Assembly (NCBI GenBank): GCA_964640635.1
Contig: CAZXFD010000001.1
Coordinates: 248,306 to 312,305 of the forward strand
Length of the DNA: 64,000 bases
Reading direction: 5' to 3'
Source: an uncultured Gammaproteobacteria bacterium
Lineage (GTDB): Bacteria; Patescibacteriota; Patescibacteriia; UBA1558; S5-K13
The notes under the pieces are model-generated. The model was not told where the DNA came from. It saw only the letters and a program-made list of their open reading frames with translations, and ran no database searches. Shown piece after piece: positions 38,859 through 48,366 of the stretch (the first letter of the stretch is position 1; each line of letters starts with the position of its first letter). The position numbers were made by a program, and so were the translations under genes.

Positions 38859-39341
38859 ATGTTGGATATAGAAATAGTTACAATAGGTAGTGTTAAAGAA
38901 AAATGGATTAAGGAAGGAATCCAAGAATATTTGAAGCGTCTTAAGCCTTATGCGAGGATAAGAGTTATTGAATTAAAGGCAGAAGCATTTGGAAACACCC
39001 AAAAAGAAAAAGCAAAAAGTATTGAAAGTCAGAAAATAGTAGAATTCTTACAAAAAGAAACTGAAGCACAAATATATTTTCTTGATGAATATGGAAAAAA
39101 TCCCAATTCAAAGGAATTTGGATCAATGATTGATAAAATACCAAATAAAATAATATTTGTAGTAGCCGGCGCTTTAGGCTATGATAGAGATATATTGGAA
39201 AATAAATCCGCGCCATGGCGGGACAAGCAGACTATCTCTCTATCAAATATGACATTAACTCATGAAATGGCAAGACTTGTGTTATTAGAACAGATTTATA
39301 GGGGAATTTGTATTGCGAAAGATAAAAAATACCATTATTAA
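38859..39341 (+). CDS. rlmH: 23S rRNA (pseudouridine1915-N3)-methyltransferase RlmH
   Basis: EY.KRL, LDE.GK...S..F, SLS.MTL.H..ARL.LLEQIYR, terminal YHY. Confidence 0.92.
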   Translation: MLDIEIVTIGSVKEKWIKEGIQEYLKRLKPYARIRVIELKAEAFGNTQKEKAKSIESQKIVEFLQKETEAQIYFLDEYGKNPNSKEFGSMIDKIPNKIIFVVAGALGYDRDILENKSAPWRDKQTISLSNMTLTHEMARLVLLEQIYRGICIAKDKKYHY

Positions 39342-39458
39342 TTTGCTATTTAAAATTTGGTAATTTTCAAATGATTTATTATTGATATATTTTCAATTAA
39401 AAATTGATAAATAATCAATCAATTATAAATAAAAAATAATAAATAATTAATAAAACGT

Positions 39459-40199
39459 ATGTATTTCTTCATTGGAATTGTCGTATTTATTATTCTTGCT
39501 TCAATAAAGCAGATAAATCAATACGAAAGAGGTGTAAAATTTGGTTTGGGTAAATTTATTGGAATTATGGAGCCGGGCTGGAGACTTGTGATTCCTGTAT
39601 TTCAATCATATCAAAAAATAGATATGAGAATAAAGGCGGTTGATGTTCCAGATCAAGAAGCTATTACAAAAGACAATATCTCAGTAAAAGTAAATGCAGT
39701 TATCTATTACAAAGTAAGTCATGCTGAAAAAGCTATTATAGAAGTAGAAAACTTTTATTATGCAGTAAGTCAGCTTGCTCAGACAACAATGAGAAATGTA
39801 GTAGGAGAAGTAAATCTTGACGAATTATTATCAGGAAGAGAAGCAATTGCTGAGAAAATTAGATTAATAGTTGATAAAGCATCTGATGTTTGGGGAATTC
39901 AAGTGGATTCAGTAGAGCTAAAGGATGTAACCTTACCAGAAGAAATGAAAAGAGTTATAGGAAAACAAGCAGAGGCTGAAAGAGAAAAAAGATCTGTAAT
40001 TATCAAGGCAGAGGGAGAAGTAATAGCCGCTGAAAATCTTGCAAAAGCAGCAACAACTTTATCATCTTCCGATGGTGCGCTACATCTGCGAACGCTTTCT
40101 ACAATAAATGATGTAAGTTCTGATCAATCAAATACAATTGTTTTTGCCTTACCACTAGAGGTCCTTCGTGCTTTTGAGAGAATTGGAAAGAAAGAATAA
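39459..40199 (+). CDS. SPFH/band 7 (stomatin-like) protein
   Basis: YERGV.F.LG, QE.ITKDN, AQTT.R.V.G, QAEAERE.R. Confidence 0.92.
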   Translation: MYFFIGIVVFIILASIKQINQYERGVKFGLGKFIGIMEPGWRLVIPVFQSYQKIDMRIKAVDVPDQEAITKDNISVKVNAVIYYKVSHAEKAIIEVENFYYAVSQLAQTTMRNVVGEVNLDELLSGREAIAEKIRLIVDKASDVWGIQVDSVELKDVTLPEEMKRVIGKQAEAEREKRSVIIKAEGEVIAAENLAKAATTLSSSDGALHLRTLSTINDVSSDQSNTIVFALPLEVLRAFERIGKKE

Positions 40200-40281
40200 T
40201 TAACCTTTGATTTAACAAAAATTACGATAGTATTATCATAAATGTTTATAGTTAATAAAACTTAATATTAATCAAAAAAAT

Positions 40282-40596
40282 ATGAACATGGAAATGCCAG
40301 GTTTTGATACAATTCCTAAGCAGGAAAAATAATTAAATCAAGAGGATGAAAAGCTTTTTTATAGAATTGCCTATAAAAGTCTTCTAACTGGTGTAACAGG
40401 AGAAGGAAAGTATCAGGTGGGAGAAGACGCAATATCTTTGGGTGAACTTCAGGACATTGTTAAAAAAAGAAATAAAAAGCATAATGGAAAAATAGAGTAT
40501 TGGGTTGAATCAATAACGGCAAGCGATCTTGATAAACAATTAGCAAATCAAGCAAAAACTTTAGAAGATAAAATTGATTCTGATAAAATAGTCTGA
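40282..40596 (+). pseudogene. 104-codon ORF interrupted by an in-frame TAA
   Basis: MNMEMPGFDTIPKQEK*LNQEDEKLFYRIAYK...DKIV*; stop at 40330-40332; terminator at 40612-40639. Confidence 0.6.
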
Positions 40597-40735
40597 TTTT
40601 AAAATAATCATAAAAAACCGTGTTAATTCACGGTTTTTTGTTTGATAAAAAATTTAAAGGAATTTCTCATTATTTATTTGACTTTTCAAGAAATTATAGT
40701 AGTATAAAAGGCAATATATTTAAAAGGGAGGAAAG

Positions 40736-40879
40736 ATGCCACCACTATGTCCTTATCCTGGAATGACAGATTATTCCGCTAATTGGTGTCGTAATTGTGA
40801 GTTTAGAGAAAAGTGTAAAAAAAAGAGGCAAACAAAGCGAAGATTTCGTAGAAGAAAACGAAATAGAAACAAAGGATAG
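40736..40879 (+). CDS. Unannotated 47-aa Cys4 / Arg-rich mini-protein
   Basis: MPPLCPYPGMTDYSANWCRNCEFREKCKKKRQTKRRFRRRKRNRNKG*; GGGAGG RBS, TTGACT promoter. Confidence 0.6.
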   Translation: MPPLCPYPGMTDYSANWCRNCEFREKCKKKRQTKRRFRRRKRNRNKG

Positions 40880-40888
40880 GAGAGTTTA

Positions 40889-41053
40889 ATGTCTGTTTGT
40901 GTATTTTATATCAACTGCATGTATAATAGAAAATGCGAAATTGGTAGATATTATTCACACGATCCTCATAAACAAAGTATTGTTTCAAGGTCTGTTCGTA
41001 AAAAAAGTAAGAAAAATCGCAAAAGAAGATTTGAAAAAAGTCGAAGATCTTAA
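40889..41053 (+). CDS. Unannotated 54-aa Cys3His / Lys-Arg-rich mini-protein
   Basis: MSVCVFYINCMYNRKCEIGRYYSHDPHKQSIVSRSVRKKSKKNRKRRFEKSRRS*; AGGAG RBS; terminator follows. Confidence 0.6.
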   Translation: MSVCVFYINCMYNRKCEIGRYYSHDPHKQSIVSRSVRKKSKKNRKRRFEKSRRS

Positions 41054-41064
41054 GTATTTATATT

Positions 41065-41096
41065 CCGTCAGGTTAACTCATCTGACGGTTTTTTTA
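41065..41096 (+). terminator. Intrinsic terminator of the mini-gene pair
   Basis: CCGTCAG...CTGACGG stem followed by a T-run. Confidence 0.75.
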
Positions 41097-41191
41097 TTGA
41101 TTTTTGGGCTATTGTCTGATAAGCTATTCATATAATAAATTGTCAATACAACCCCTATATAACAAATAGGTGGTCGTTTGGGGTTATAATA

Positions 41192-41316
41192 ACAAATTAC
41201 CAATGACAAATTTCAAATCAAGTTTAAATATCAAATGATTAATGACAAATATTTTTTGAAATTTGAAATTTAGGCTTTGAAATTGATTTGATATTGGAAA
41301 TTTGATATTTGAAATT
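41192..41316. repeat. Inverted heptamer-array element upstream of uvrB
   Basis: CAAATTA/CAAATGA-type 7-mers followed by TTTGAAA/TTTGATA 7-mers. Confidence 0.75.
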
Positions 41317-41323
41317 AAACAGT

Positions 41324-43234
41324 ATGTCATTATTCAAACTACATTCATCATTTAAACCTGCTGGTGATCAACCAGAGGCGATATTAAAACTCAAAAAAGG
41401 TCTTGAGAAAGGTTTTGATTTTCAGACACTAATGGGTGTAACAGGAAGTGGTAAGACATTTACGGTAGCAAATATTATATCAGAGCTTGATAAGCCAGTT
41501 CTTGTAATTGCACCAAATAAATCATTAGCAGCTCAGCTTTATCGTGAATACAAAAACTTTTTTCCTGAAAATGCGGTGCATTATTTTGTATCATATTATG
41601 ACTATTATCAGCCAGAAGCATATTTGCCAATCACCGATACTTATATTGATAAAGAAGCGATGATAAATCAGGAAATTGATAAACTTCGTCATGGTGCTAC
41701 AACGGCACTTTCAACAAGACGCGACGTAATAATAGTTGCATCCGTCTCTTGCATATACAATCTTGGAGTTCCTGAGAATTATCAAGAATCATCAATTCAT
41801 CTTGAAACAAATCAGGTTATTACACGAGCCGATTTAATATTTCAACTTATCAAAATTCATTTTGAAAGAACAAATGGGGTTTTAACTCGTGGCCAATTTA
41901 GAATAAGAGGCAATGTTTTTGAAATAAAACCAATGAATGAAGATATTACCTATAGAATAGAGCTAGAAGATCAAATAATACAAGATATTAATATAGTAGA
42001 TAATGTATCTCAAAATATTTTGGAAAACTTAAATGAGATACTGATATTTCCTCCCAAACATTTCATATCATCGGCTCCTCAAACAATGGAGGCTATAAAA
42101 AATATAAAAAGTGAATTAAAAGAAAGACTAGCTTATTTTAAAAGAAATAAATTATATCTTGAAGCAGAGAGAATTGAAAGACGCACAAAATATGACATTG
42201 AAATGATGAAATCAATTGGCTATTGTCATGGGATAGAAAATTACTCTCGTCATTTATCTGGAAAGCTTGCAGGAGAAGCACCCGACTCTCTTTTGGCATA
42301 TTTTCCCAAAGTTGATGGAAAACCAGATTTTCTTACAATAATAGACGAATCACATATTGCAGTTCCACAAATTGGTGGAATGTATGCAGGTGATAAAAGT
42401 AGAAAACAGAATCTTGTTCAATATGGTTGGAGACTTCCATCAGCGCTTGATAATAGACCCCTTAGATTTACTGAATTTAGAGCTCGTGTTGGACAGGTTA
42501 TTTTCACAACAGCAACGCCAGGAAAGTTTGAAGTAGAGAATTCAAAGGTCGTTATAGAGCAAATTATACGTCCTACAGGGCTTATTGATCCAGAAGTTGA
42601 AATAAGACCCGTCTTTGATAAAAAGCGCAATAGAAGCCAAATAAATGACATAATGGATGAGATAGAAAGACTTGCAAAAAAGAATGAAAGAACTATTGTT
42701 AATACTCTTACAAAAAAACAAGCAGAGGACTTACATGCATATTTGACAGAAAGAAAGTTTAGATCAAATTATGTTCACTCTGATGTAAAAACATTTGAAA
42801 GAAATGAGATATTAAAAAACTTTCGTCTTGGAAAATTTGATGTGTTAATTGGAGTAAATTTACTTCGTGAAGGGCTTGATTTACCAGAAGTAACTCTTGT
42901 CGCAATTTTAGACGCAGATCGTGAAGGATTTCTAAGATCAGAGACATCACTAATGCAGACAATGGGTCGTGCAGCTAGAAATGTAAAAGGAAAAATAATT
43001 CTTTATGCTGATGAAACAACTGACTCAATGAAAAAGGCAATAAAAGAAGTAGAGCGTCGTAGAAAAAAACAAATTGAATATAATACGAAGTACAATATAA
43101 CGCCAAAGACTATTAAAAAAGATATTGAAGATTTCTTGGATATTTCAACTGAAGATGATAGAAATGTCAAATTACAAATGTCAAATATCAAATCAATATC
43201 AAAGATTAAAAAATCAAAAGTCAAAAGAATTTGA
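41324..43234 (+). CDS. uvrB: Excinuclease ABC subunit B (C-terminal UVR domain absent)
   Basis: [44 protein letters not shown]. Start reassigned to ATG at 41324. Confidence 0.96.
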   Translation: MSLFKLHSSFKPAGDQPEAILKLKKGLEKGFDFQTLMGVTGSGKTFTVANIISELDKPVLVIAPNKSLAAQLYREYKNFFPENAVHYFVSYYDYYQPEAYLPITDTYIDKEAMINQEIDKLRHGATTALSTRRDVIIVASVSCIYNLGVPENYQESSIHLETNQVITRADLIFQLIKIHFERTNGVLTRGQFRIRGNVFEIKPMNEDITYRIELEDQIIQDINIVDNVSQNILENLNEILIFPPKHFISSAPQTMEAIKNIKSELKERLAYFKRNKLYLEAERIERRTKYDIEMMKSIGYCHGIENYSRHLSGKLAGEAPDSLLAYFPKVDGKPDFLTIIDESHIAVPQIGGMYAGDKSRKQNLVQYGWRLPSALDNRPLRFTEFRARVGQVIFTTATPGKFEVENSKVVIEQIIRPTGLIDPEVEIRPVFDKKRNRSQINDIMDEIERLAKKNERTIVNTLTKKQAEDLHAYLTERKFRSNYVHSDVKTFERNEILKNFRLGKFDVLIGVNLLREGLDLPEVTLVAILDADREGFLRSETSLMQTMGRAARNVKGKIILYADETTDSMKKAIKEVERRRKKQIEYNTKYNITPKTIKKDIEDFLDISTEDDRNVKLQMSNIKSISKIKKSKVKRI

Positions 43235-43292
43235 AATTAAATAATTTGATATTTGGATTTGATTTGACATTGGATATTGGAAATTTGTAATT
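43162..43292. repeat. Inverted heptamer-array element overlapping the uvrB 3' end
   Basis: AAATGTC/AAATTAC/AAATATC 7-mers followed by ATTTGAT/ATTTGAC/ATTGGAT 7-mers. Confidence 0.75.
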
Positions 43293-43301
43293 AATACATA
43301 T

Positions 43302-45800
43302 ATGAACGAACAAATTATAATAAAGGGTGCTCGGATGCATAATCTAAAAAATATAGATTTAGAAATTCCGCACAATAAATTAACAGTAATAACTGGACTC
43401 TCTGGTAGCGGGAAGTCATCTCTTGCTTTTGATACAATTTTTGCTGAAGGGCAACGTCAATATGTTGAGTCATTGTCTCCTTATATGAGACAATTTTTGG
43501 GTCAGAAAAAACCCGCTGATGTAGATGAAATAATAGGACTTGCTCCATCAATTTCTATTGATCAAAAAGCTTTATCACACAATCCCAGATCTACAGTTGG
43601 AACACTTACTGATATTTATGATTACTTGAGAATTCTTTATGCAAGAGTTGGTGAAGTGTTTTGTCCATTATGTGGAACAAAAATAGAAAAATTATCTCTT
43701 GAGGAAATGATAGATATAATTATTTCTAAAAAAGTAGGTGATAAAGATTTCGCAGTAATACTTTCTCCAATAGTAATGGATAGAAAAGGAGAATATTATC
43801 AAATGCTTTATGATTATCTAAAACTTGGATACGGTGAAGCAAGAATCGACGGTGAGATGAAGTCACTTCGAGAAAAAGTAATTATTTCTCCTACTAAAAA
43901 ACATAGTATTGATCTAGTTGTAGATAAAGTATTGCTAAGCGATGAAACACGACTTTTTGAAGCTGTAGAAAATTCGCTTGCATATAGTAAAGGACTTGTA
44001 ATAGTTCAGATAAATGATGAAGAATTTTTGTTATCCTCAAACTGGACTTGTCCAAATGATAATTTCTCATTTCCAGAAGTAGAGCCAAGATTATTTTCAT
44101 TTAATTCTCCACACGGTGCTTGCACACAATGTTTTGGACTTGGAAAAGTAGGATTTAAAGGAAAAATATGTGATAAGTGTCATGGATTAAGACTAAGAGA
44201 TGAAGCATTATCTGTGCGAATAAACAAAAAAAATATTGCAGAAGTCTGTAATCTTACAATAGATAAAGCAGTAGACTTTTTCAAATCTTTTCAGAATAAA
44301 ATGACAAAGCGTCAAACTGAGATTGCAGACCTTGTAGTAAAGCAAATTATAAATAGATATGAATTTTTGCTAAAAGTAGGGCTTCATTATTTGAGCCTTG
44401 ATAGAGAAGCAGAAACACTATCCGGTGGAGAAGCACAGCGTATAAGATTGTCATCGCAAATTGGATCTCATTTGTCTCGTACTCTTTATGTGCTTGATGA
44501 GCCTACAATAGGACTTCATGAAAGAGATACTGACAAATTGATTGAAACCTTAAAAGCGCTACGCGACAAAAACAACACTGTAATAATAGTTGAACACGAC
44601 GAGAGAACAATACTTGAATCAGACTATTTTGTAGATCTTGGACCTCTTGCAGGAGTTCACGGTGGAGAAGTAGTAGCAATTGGAGATACTCTTGATCTAA
44701 TAGACTCTAAGAATAAGAAGTTCGACAAATCTTTGACCCTTCAATATTTAAGAGGTACAAGAAAAATAGAATTACCTGCACATAGACGAGATAAAAATAA
44801 AGGCTCGCTAAAAATAGTAGGAGCAAAAGCAAATAATCTAAAGGGAATAAATGTTGAAATTCCACTTGGTCGTATGATTGGTATTACTGGAGTTTCAGGA
44901 AGTGGTAAGTCATCACTTATCTATGATGTGCTTTATAAAAATATCATTAAGATACAACATAGACCTACAAAACCAAATTTAGAAAATGTGAAAGAAATAA
45001 AAGGGCTTGAGTATGTTGATAAGCTAGTAATTATAAATCAATCACCAATAGGACGAACTCCGAGATCAAATCCAGCAACATACACTGGAATATTTTCACC
45101 TATCAGAGAATTCTTTGCAGAACTTCCTGAGTCCCGTGAAAGAGCATACACATTATCTCGTTTTTCATTCAATCGCGCAGGTGGAAGATGTGAAGCGTGC
45201 TCAGGTGCAGGGTTTAATCTTATAGAAATGCATTTCTTGCCACCAGTACTTGTAGAGTGTGAAGTATGTCATGGAAGAAGATTCAATCGTGAAACACTTC
45301 AAGTAAAATACAAAAATCATAGCATTGCTGAGGTGTTAGACCTGACAATTGATGAGGCATACAAACTTTTTGATGGAAATTATTATATTACTGATAAACT
45401 AAAAGTTCTAATAGAAGTGGGACTAGGGTATTTGAAATTAGGACAATCTGCGACAACTCTTTCAGGTGGAGAAGCTCAGCGTATAAAACTCGCAAAAGAG
45501 CTTACAAATACACTTGGAAAACGCACATTATACTTGTTGGATGAGCCAACAACAGGACTTCATTATCATGATATTGAATTATTGCTTCACGTGCTAAACA
45601 AACTTGTAGAACGTGGGAACACAATTCTGATTATTGAGCATAATTTGCATGTTATAAAATCAATGGATTATATAATAGATCTTGGTCCTGATGGTGGAGA
45701 AAATGGAGGAAGGGTGATTGCTTATGGAACACCAGAGGAAATAGCAAATAATAGTAAAAGTGTTACGGGAGAATATTTGAAGCCGTACTTAAAGAAATAG
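43302..45800 (+). CDS. uvrA: Excinuclease ABC subunit A (insertion domain deleted)
   Basis: Two ABC modules ([24 protein letters not shown] twice) and Zn-finger CxxC pairs. Confidence 0.96.
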   Translation: MNEQIIIKGARMHNLKNIDLEIPHNKLTVITGLSGSGKSSLAFDTIFAEGQRQYVESLSPYMRQFLGQKKPADVDEIIGLAPSISIDQKALSHNPRSTVGTLTDIYDYLRILYARVGEVFCPLCGTKIEKLSLEEMIDIIISKKVGDKDFAVILSPIVMDRKGEYYQMLYDYLKLGYGEARIDGEMKSLREKVIISPTKKHSIDLVVDKVLLSDETRLFEAVENSLAYSKGLVIVQINDEEFLLSSNWTCPNDNFSFPEVEPRLFSFNSPHGACTQCFGLGKVGFKGKICDKCHGLRLRDEALSVRINKKNIAEVCNLTIDKAVDFFKSFQNKMTKRQTEIADLVVKQIINRYEFLLKVGLHYLSLDREAETLSGGEAQRIRLSSQIGSHLSRTLYVLDEPTIGLHERDTDKLIETLKALRDKNNTVIIVEHDERTILESDYFVDLGPLAGVHGGEVVAIGDTLDLIDSKNKKFDKSLTLQYLRGTRKIELPAHRRDKNKGSLKIVGAKANNLKGINVEIPLGRMIGITGVSGSGKSSLIYDVLYKNIIKIQHRPTKPNLENVKEIKGLEYVDKLVIINQSPIGRTPRSNPATYTGIFSPIREFFAELPESRERAYTLSRFSFNRAGGRCEACSGAGFNLIEMHFLPPVLVECEVCHGRRFNRETLQVKYKNHSIAEVLDLTIDEAYKLFDGNYYITDKLKVLIEVGLGYLKLGQSATTLSGGEAQRIKLAKELTNTLGKRTLYLLDEPTTGLHYHDIELLLHVLNKLVERGNTILIIEHNLHVIKSMDYIIDLGPDGGENGGRVIAYGTPEEIANNSKSVTGEYLKPYLKK

Positions 45801-45810
45801 TTATTGGCAT

Positions 45811-45940
45811 AAGCACTAAATACGAAATATGAAGCACGAAACAATATTGAAATCAGAAATTTGAAATTATAAACCGTTTGAATTTTATGATTTAAGTATT
45901 TGAGATTTGTTTCGAATTTCGATATTATAATTTAGTGCTT
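45811..45940. repeat. Inverted heptamer-array element with 11-bp terminal inverted repeats
   Basis: AAGCACTAAAT (45811) ... ATTTAGTGCTT (45940) encloses 7-mer arrays. Confidence 0.75.
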
Positions 45941-46071
45941 CTTTCTAAAGGGGGAATATTTGAAGCCGTATTTAAAGAGGTAAAAACTATATTGCTTTTT
46001 AAAACAAAAGTTGTAAAATAAATACAAAGGCCGTAAAAGGCTTTTTTATTTAACTAAAAAATATCCAATGT

Positions 46072-46698
46072 ATGTTAGTTTTCATAGATGATTCTGGAGA
46101 CCCAGGATTTAAAATAGAAAAAGGCTCCACACCATATTTTGTTATTTCCATGGTTATATTTGACGATAATCTAGAAGCAGAAAAAACGGCTATTGCTATT
46201 AAAGAATTAAAAAGAAAAATACATTTTAGTGAAAATACTGAATTTAGATTTTTTAAAACGAGTTCAATTAATAAGAAGAAATTTTTAAATGTTATTAATG
46301 ATTTTAAATTTCGTGTTAGGTGTTTGGTCGTTGATAAATCTCTTATAAAAAGTCGGGAACTAAAACAAAATAAAAATTCTTTTTATTCATATTTCATTAA
46401 AGAGGTTTTGAGAAATAATAATGATACAATCTTAAACGCAAAAATAAAAATTGACGGCAGTGGCGACAGGATATTTAGACAAAATTTTCTTACATATTTA
46501 AGAAAAGAATTAAATTTAAGAGATAAAATCATAATGAAGCAATGTAAGATGATTGATTCAAAAAAAGATGTATTAATACAAATGGCTGACATGGTAGCTG
46601 GTAGTATAAATAGATTTTATAATAATGATAAAAAAGATAATATTATTTATAAAAATATAATAAAAAAGCACATAGAGGATGAGTGGAAATTCAAGTAA
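46072..46698 (+). CDS. DUF3800 family protein (RNase H-like fold)
   Basis: VFIDDSGD.G at the N-terminus, YFV, and DSK....IQMAD.VAG near the C-terminus. Confidence 0.85.
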   Translation: MLVFIDDSGDPGFKIEKGSTPYFVISMVIFDDNLEAEKTAIAIKELKRKIHFSENTEFRFFKTSSINKKKFLNVINDFKFRVRCLVVDKSLIKSRELKQNKNSFYSYFIKEVLRNNNDTILNAKIKIDGSGDRIFRQNFLTYLRKELNLRDKIIMKQCKMIDSKKDVLIQMADMVAGSINRFYNNDKKDNIIYKNIIKKHIEDEWKFK

Positions 46699-46699
46699 T

Positions 46700-46798
46700 A
46701 AAAAAACCTCCTAAAAAGGAGTTTTTCCAACCACGTCTCTATACTAGTTGTCCTAGTCACGCCACCATCCGGTGACAGTTCAAGATACAGGTTTATGT
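46700..46798 (-). ncRNA. Candidate ~100-nt ncRNA convergent with the DUF3800 gene
   Basis: Minus-strand TTGACA-17-TATAAT promoter (46833-46805), GC-richer multi-stem body, terminator hairpin with U-run at 46700-46726. Confidence 0.6.
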
Positions 46799-46977
46799 AA
46801 TTACATTATATCTTACGTAAGATAGCTTGTCAATAACCCTTTAAATAAAGGGTATTTTATATATAAATTATTCGTATAATTAGTACCATTGGTATATTGG
46901 CATTGTATGTTCATTCGTATAATTGCTTTTTAGCTTAAAAAATGGGAAAATAGATGTATGATTTTTATCTTTTTTAT

Positions 46978-47748
46978 ATGCAATTACTTTTTAATACAGA
47001 ATTAGCAAATAACTATAACAGTGCGTCTCAGAAAATAAGAATTTTAACAGAGAATTGGGTTGATAATCATATTTTTTGTCCAAATTGTGGAAATTTGAGT
47101 ATTGATAAATATCCAAATAATCAGCCAGTAGCTGATTTTTATTGTTTTAATTGCAATGAAGATTATGAATTAAAGAGTAAAAAAGATACTATTGGAAACA
47201 AAATTGTAGATGGTGCCTATAAGACAATGATTGAAAGATTGAAAAGTAATAATAATCCAAATTTTTTCTTTTTAAATTATGGTTTAACAAATTTTGAAGT
47301 AATAAATTTTTTGGTTATTCCAAAACATTTTTTTATTCCAAGTATTATTGAAAAAAGAAAACCACTTTCAAATACAGCGCAACGCGCTGGTTGGGTTGGG
47401 TGTAATGTTATTCTTAAAAATATTCCTGAGACTGGAAAGATATTTTTTGTTCGCGATAAACAAATTGAGAAAAAAGAAAATGTTTTATCTAATTGGAAGA
47501 AAACATTATTTTTAAGAGAAGAAAATGAAATTCCTACAAAAGGTTGGTTACTAGATATAATGCGATGTCTTGATAAAATAAACAAAAAAGAATTTACACT
47601 TGATGATGTATATATCTTTGAAAATGAATTAAGTAAATTACACTCAGATAATAAACATATAAAAGATAAAATTAGACAACAATTACAAATTCTAAGAGAT
47701 AAAAATTATTTAGATTTTGTATCTCGTGGTTATTATAAAATGAATTAA
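46978..47748 (+). CDS. dpnI: DpnI-like (Dam-replacing family) methyl-directed restriction endonuclease
   Basis: SQ..R.LTE.WV....CP.CG, NN.PVADFYC..C...YELKS, DGAY.TM, AGWVGC, and C-terminal winged helix KIRQQLQ.LRD. Confidence 0.88.
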   Translation: MQLLFNTELANNYNSASQKIRILTENWVDNHIFCPNCGNLSIDKYPNNQPVADFYCFNCNEDYELKSKKDTIGNKIVDGAYKTMIERLKSNNNPNFFFLNYGLTNFEVINFLVIPKHFFIPSIIEKRKPLSNTAQRAGWVGCNVILKNIPETGKIFFVRDKQIEKKENVLSNWKKTLFLREENEIPTKGWLLDIMRCLDKINKKEFTLDDVYIFENELSKLHSDNKHIKDKIRQQLQILRDKNYLDFVSRGYYKMN

Positions 47749-47773
47749 ATGATAAACTTAAAAATTTTAAATA

Positions 47774-48190
47774 ATGTTAGATAATAATTTTCAATACAAA
47801 TCTGATTATAAATATTATTTAGATAAATTAGCAAATGGAGACGAAATTTTATTTAAAAAGAAATTTTTAAAACTTTTTGATTTTAGAGAGCCGATAGTAA
47901 AAAGAAAAGAGTTCAATAAAATAAGAAATAAAGTATTTAAAGAATTGGTTAGTAAGTACGGCAAAAGATGTCAATTAAATTTATCTCCAAATTGTGGAAA
48001 AGTTGAATTATTTGATGTTGATCATTTTATTCCACTTTCAACTAATGTCTTAAACAAAGAATTAAGACATTTACAAGCAGAAAAAGGACACAAAGTAAAA
48101 AGTCAAAGCTTTGGTTCAAATGATATTTCAAATTTAAGAATTGCTTGTAAAAAATGTAATAGCTTTAAAAAGCATAGAATCTTTTTGTAA
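47774..48190 (+). CDS. HNH endonuclease
   Basis: C...C, VDHFIPLS, SN...NL..ACKKCNS.K. Confidence 0.8.
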   Translation: MLDNNFQYKSDYKYYLDKLANGDEILFKKKFLKLFDFREPIVKRKEFNKIRNKVFKELVSKYGKRCQLNLSPNCGKVELFDVDHFIPLSTNVLNKELRHLQAEKGHKVKSQSFGSNDISNLRIACKKCNSFKKHRIFL

Positions 48191-48203
48191 GTTTATAACC
48201 CAC

Positions 48204-48365
48204 ATGAAAATTAAAAAACTACTATACCTAATTCCATTAATACTATTCGGTATTTTTGTATTTATATATGGCGGATATGATGATAGTCCTGGTGCACAAG
48301 GATTGGGATTATTATTCGTGATTCTCGGGATTGTAGGGATAGTGAAGAAAAAGAAAAATAAATAA
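48204..48365 (+). CDS. Small two-TM membrane protein (DDSPG motif)
   Basis: MKIKKLLYL...YGGYDDSPGAQGLGLL...; start reassigned to the ATG at 48204. Confidence 0.65.
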   Translation: MKIKKLLYLIPLILFGIFVFIYGGYDDSPGAQGLGLLFVILGIVGIVKKKKNK

Positions 48366-48366
48366 A

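Noticed and set aside
40899-41135. 78-aa ORF from the track
   Set aside because: It has no RBS and runs through a strong terminator; the overlapping frame 40889-41053 has an RBS and ends before the terminator.
46870-46924. ATTCGTATAATT direct repeat resembling dif/lox half-sites
   Set aside because: No XerD-like or inverted partner arm at the right spacing.
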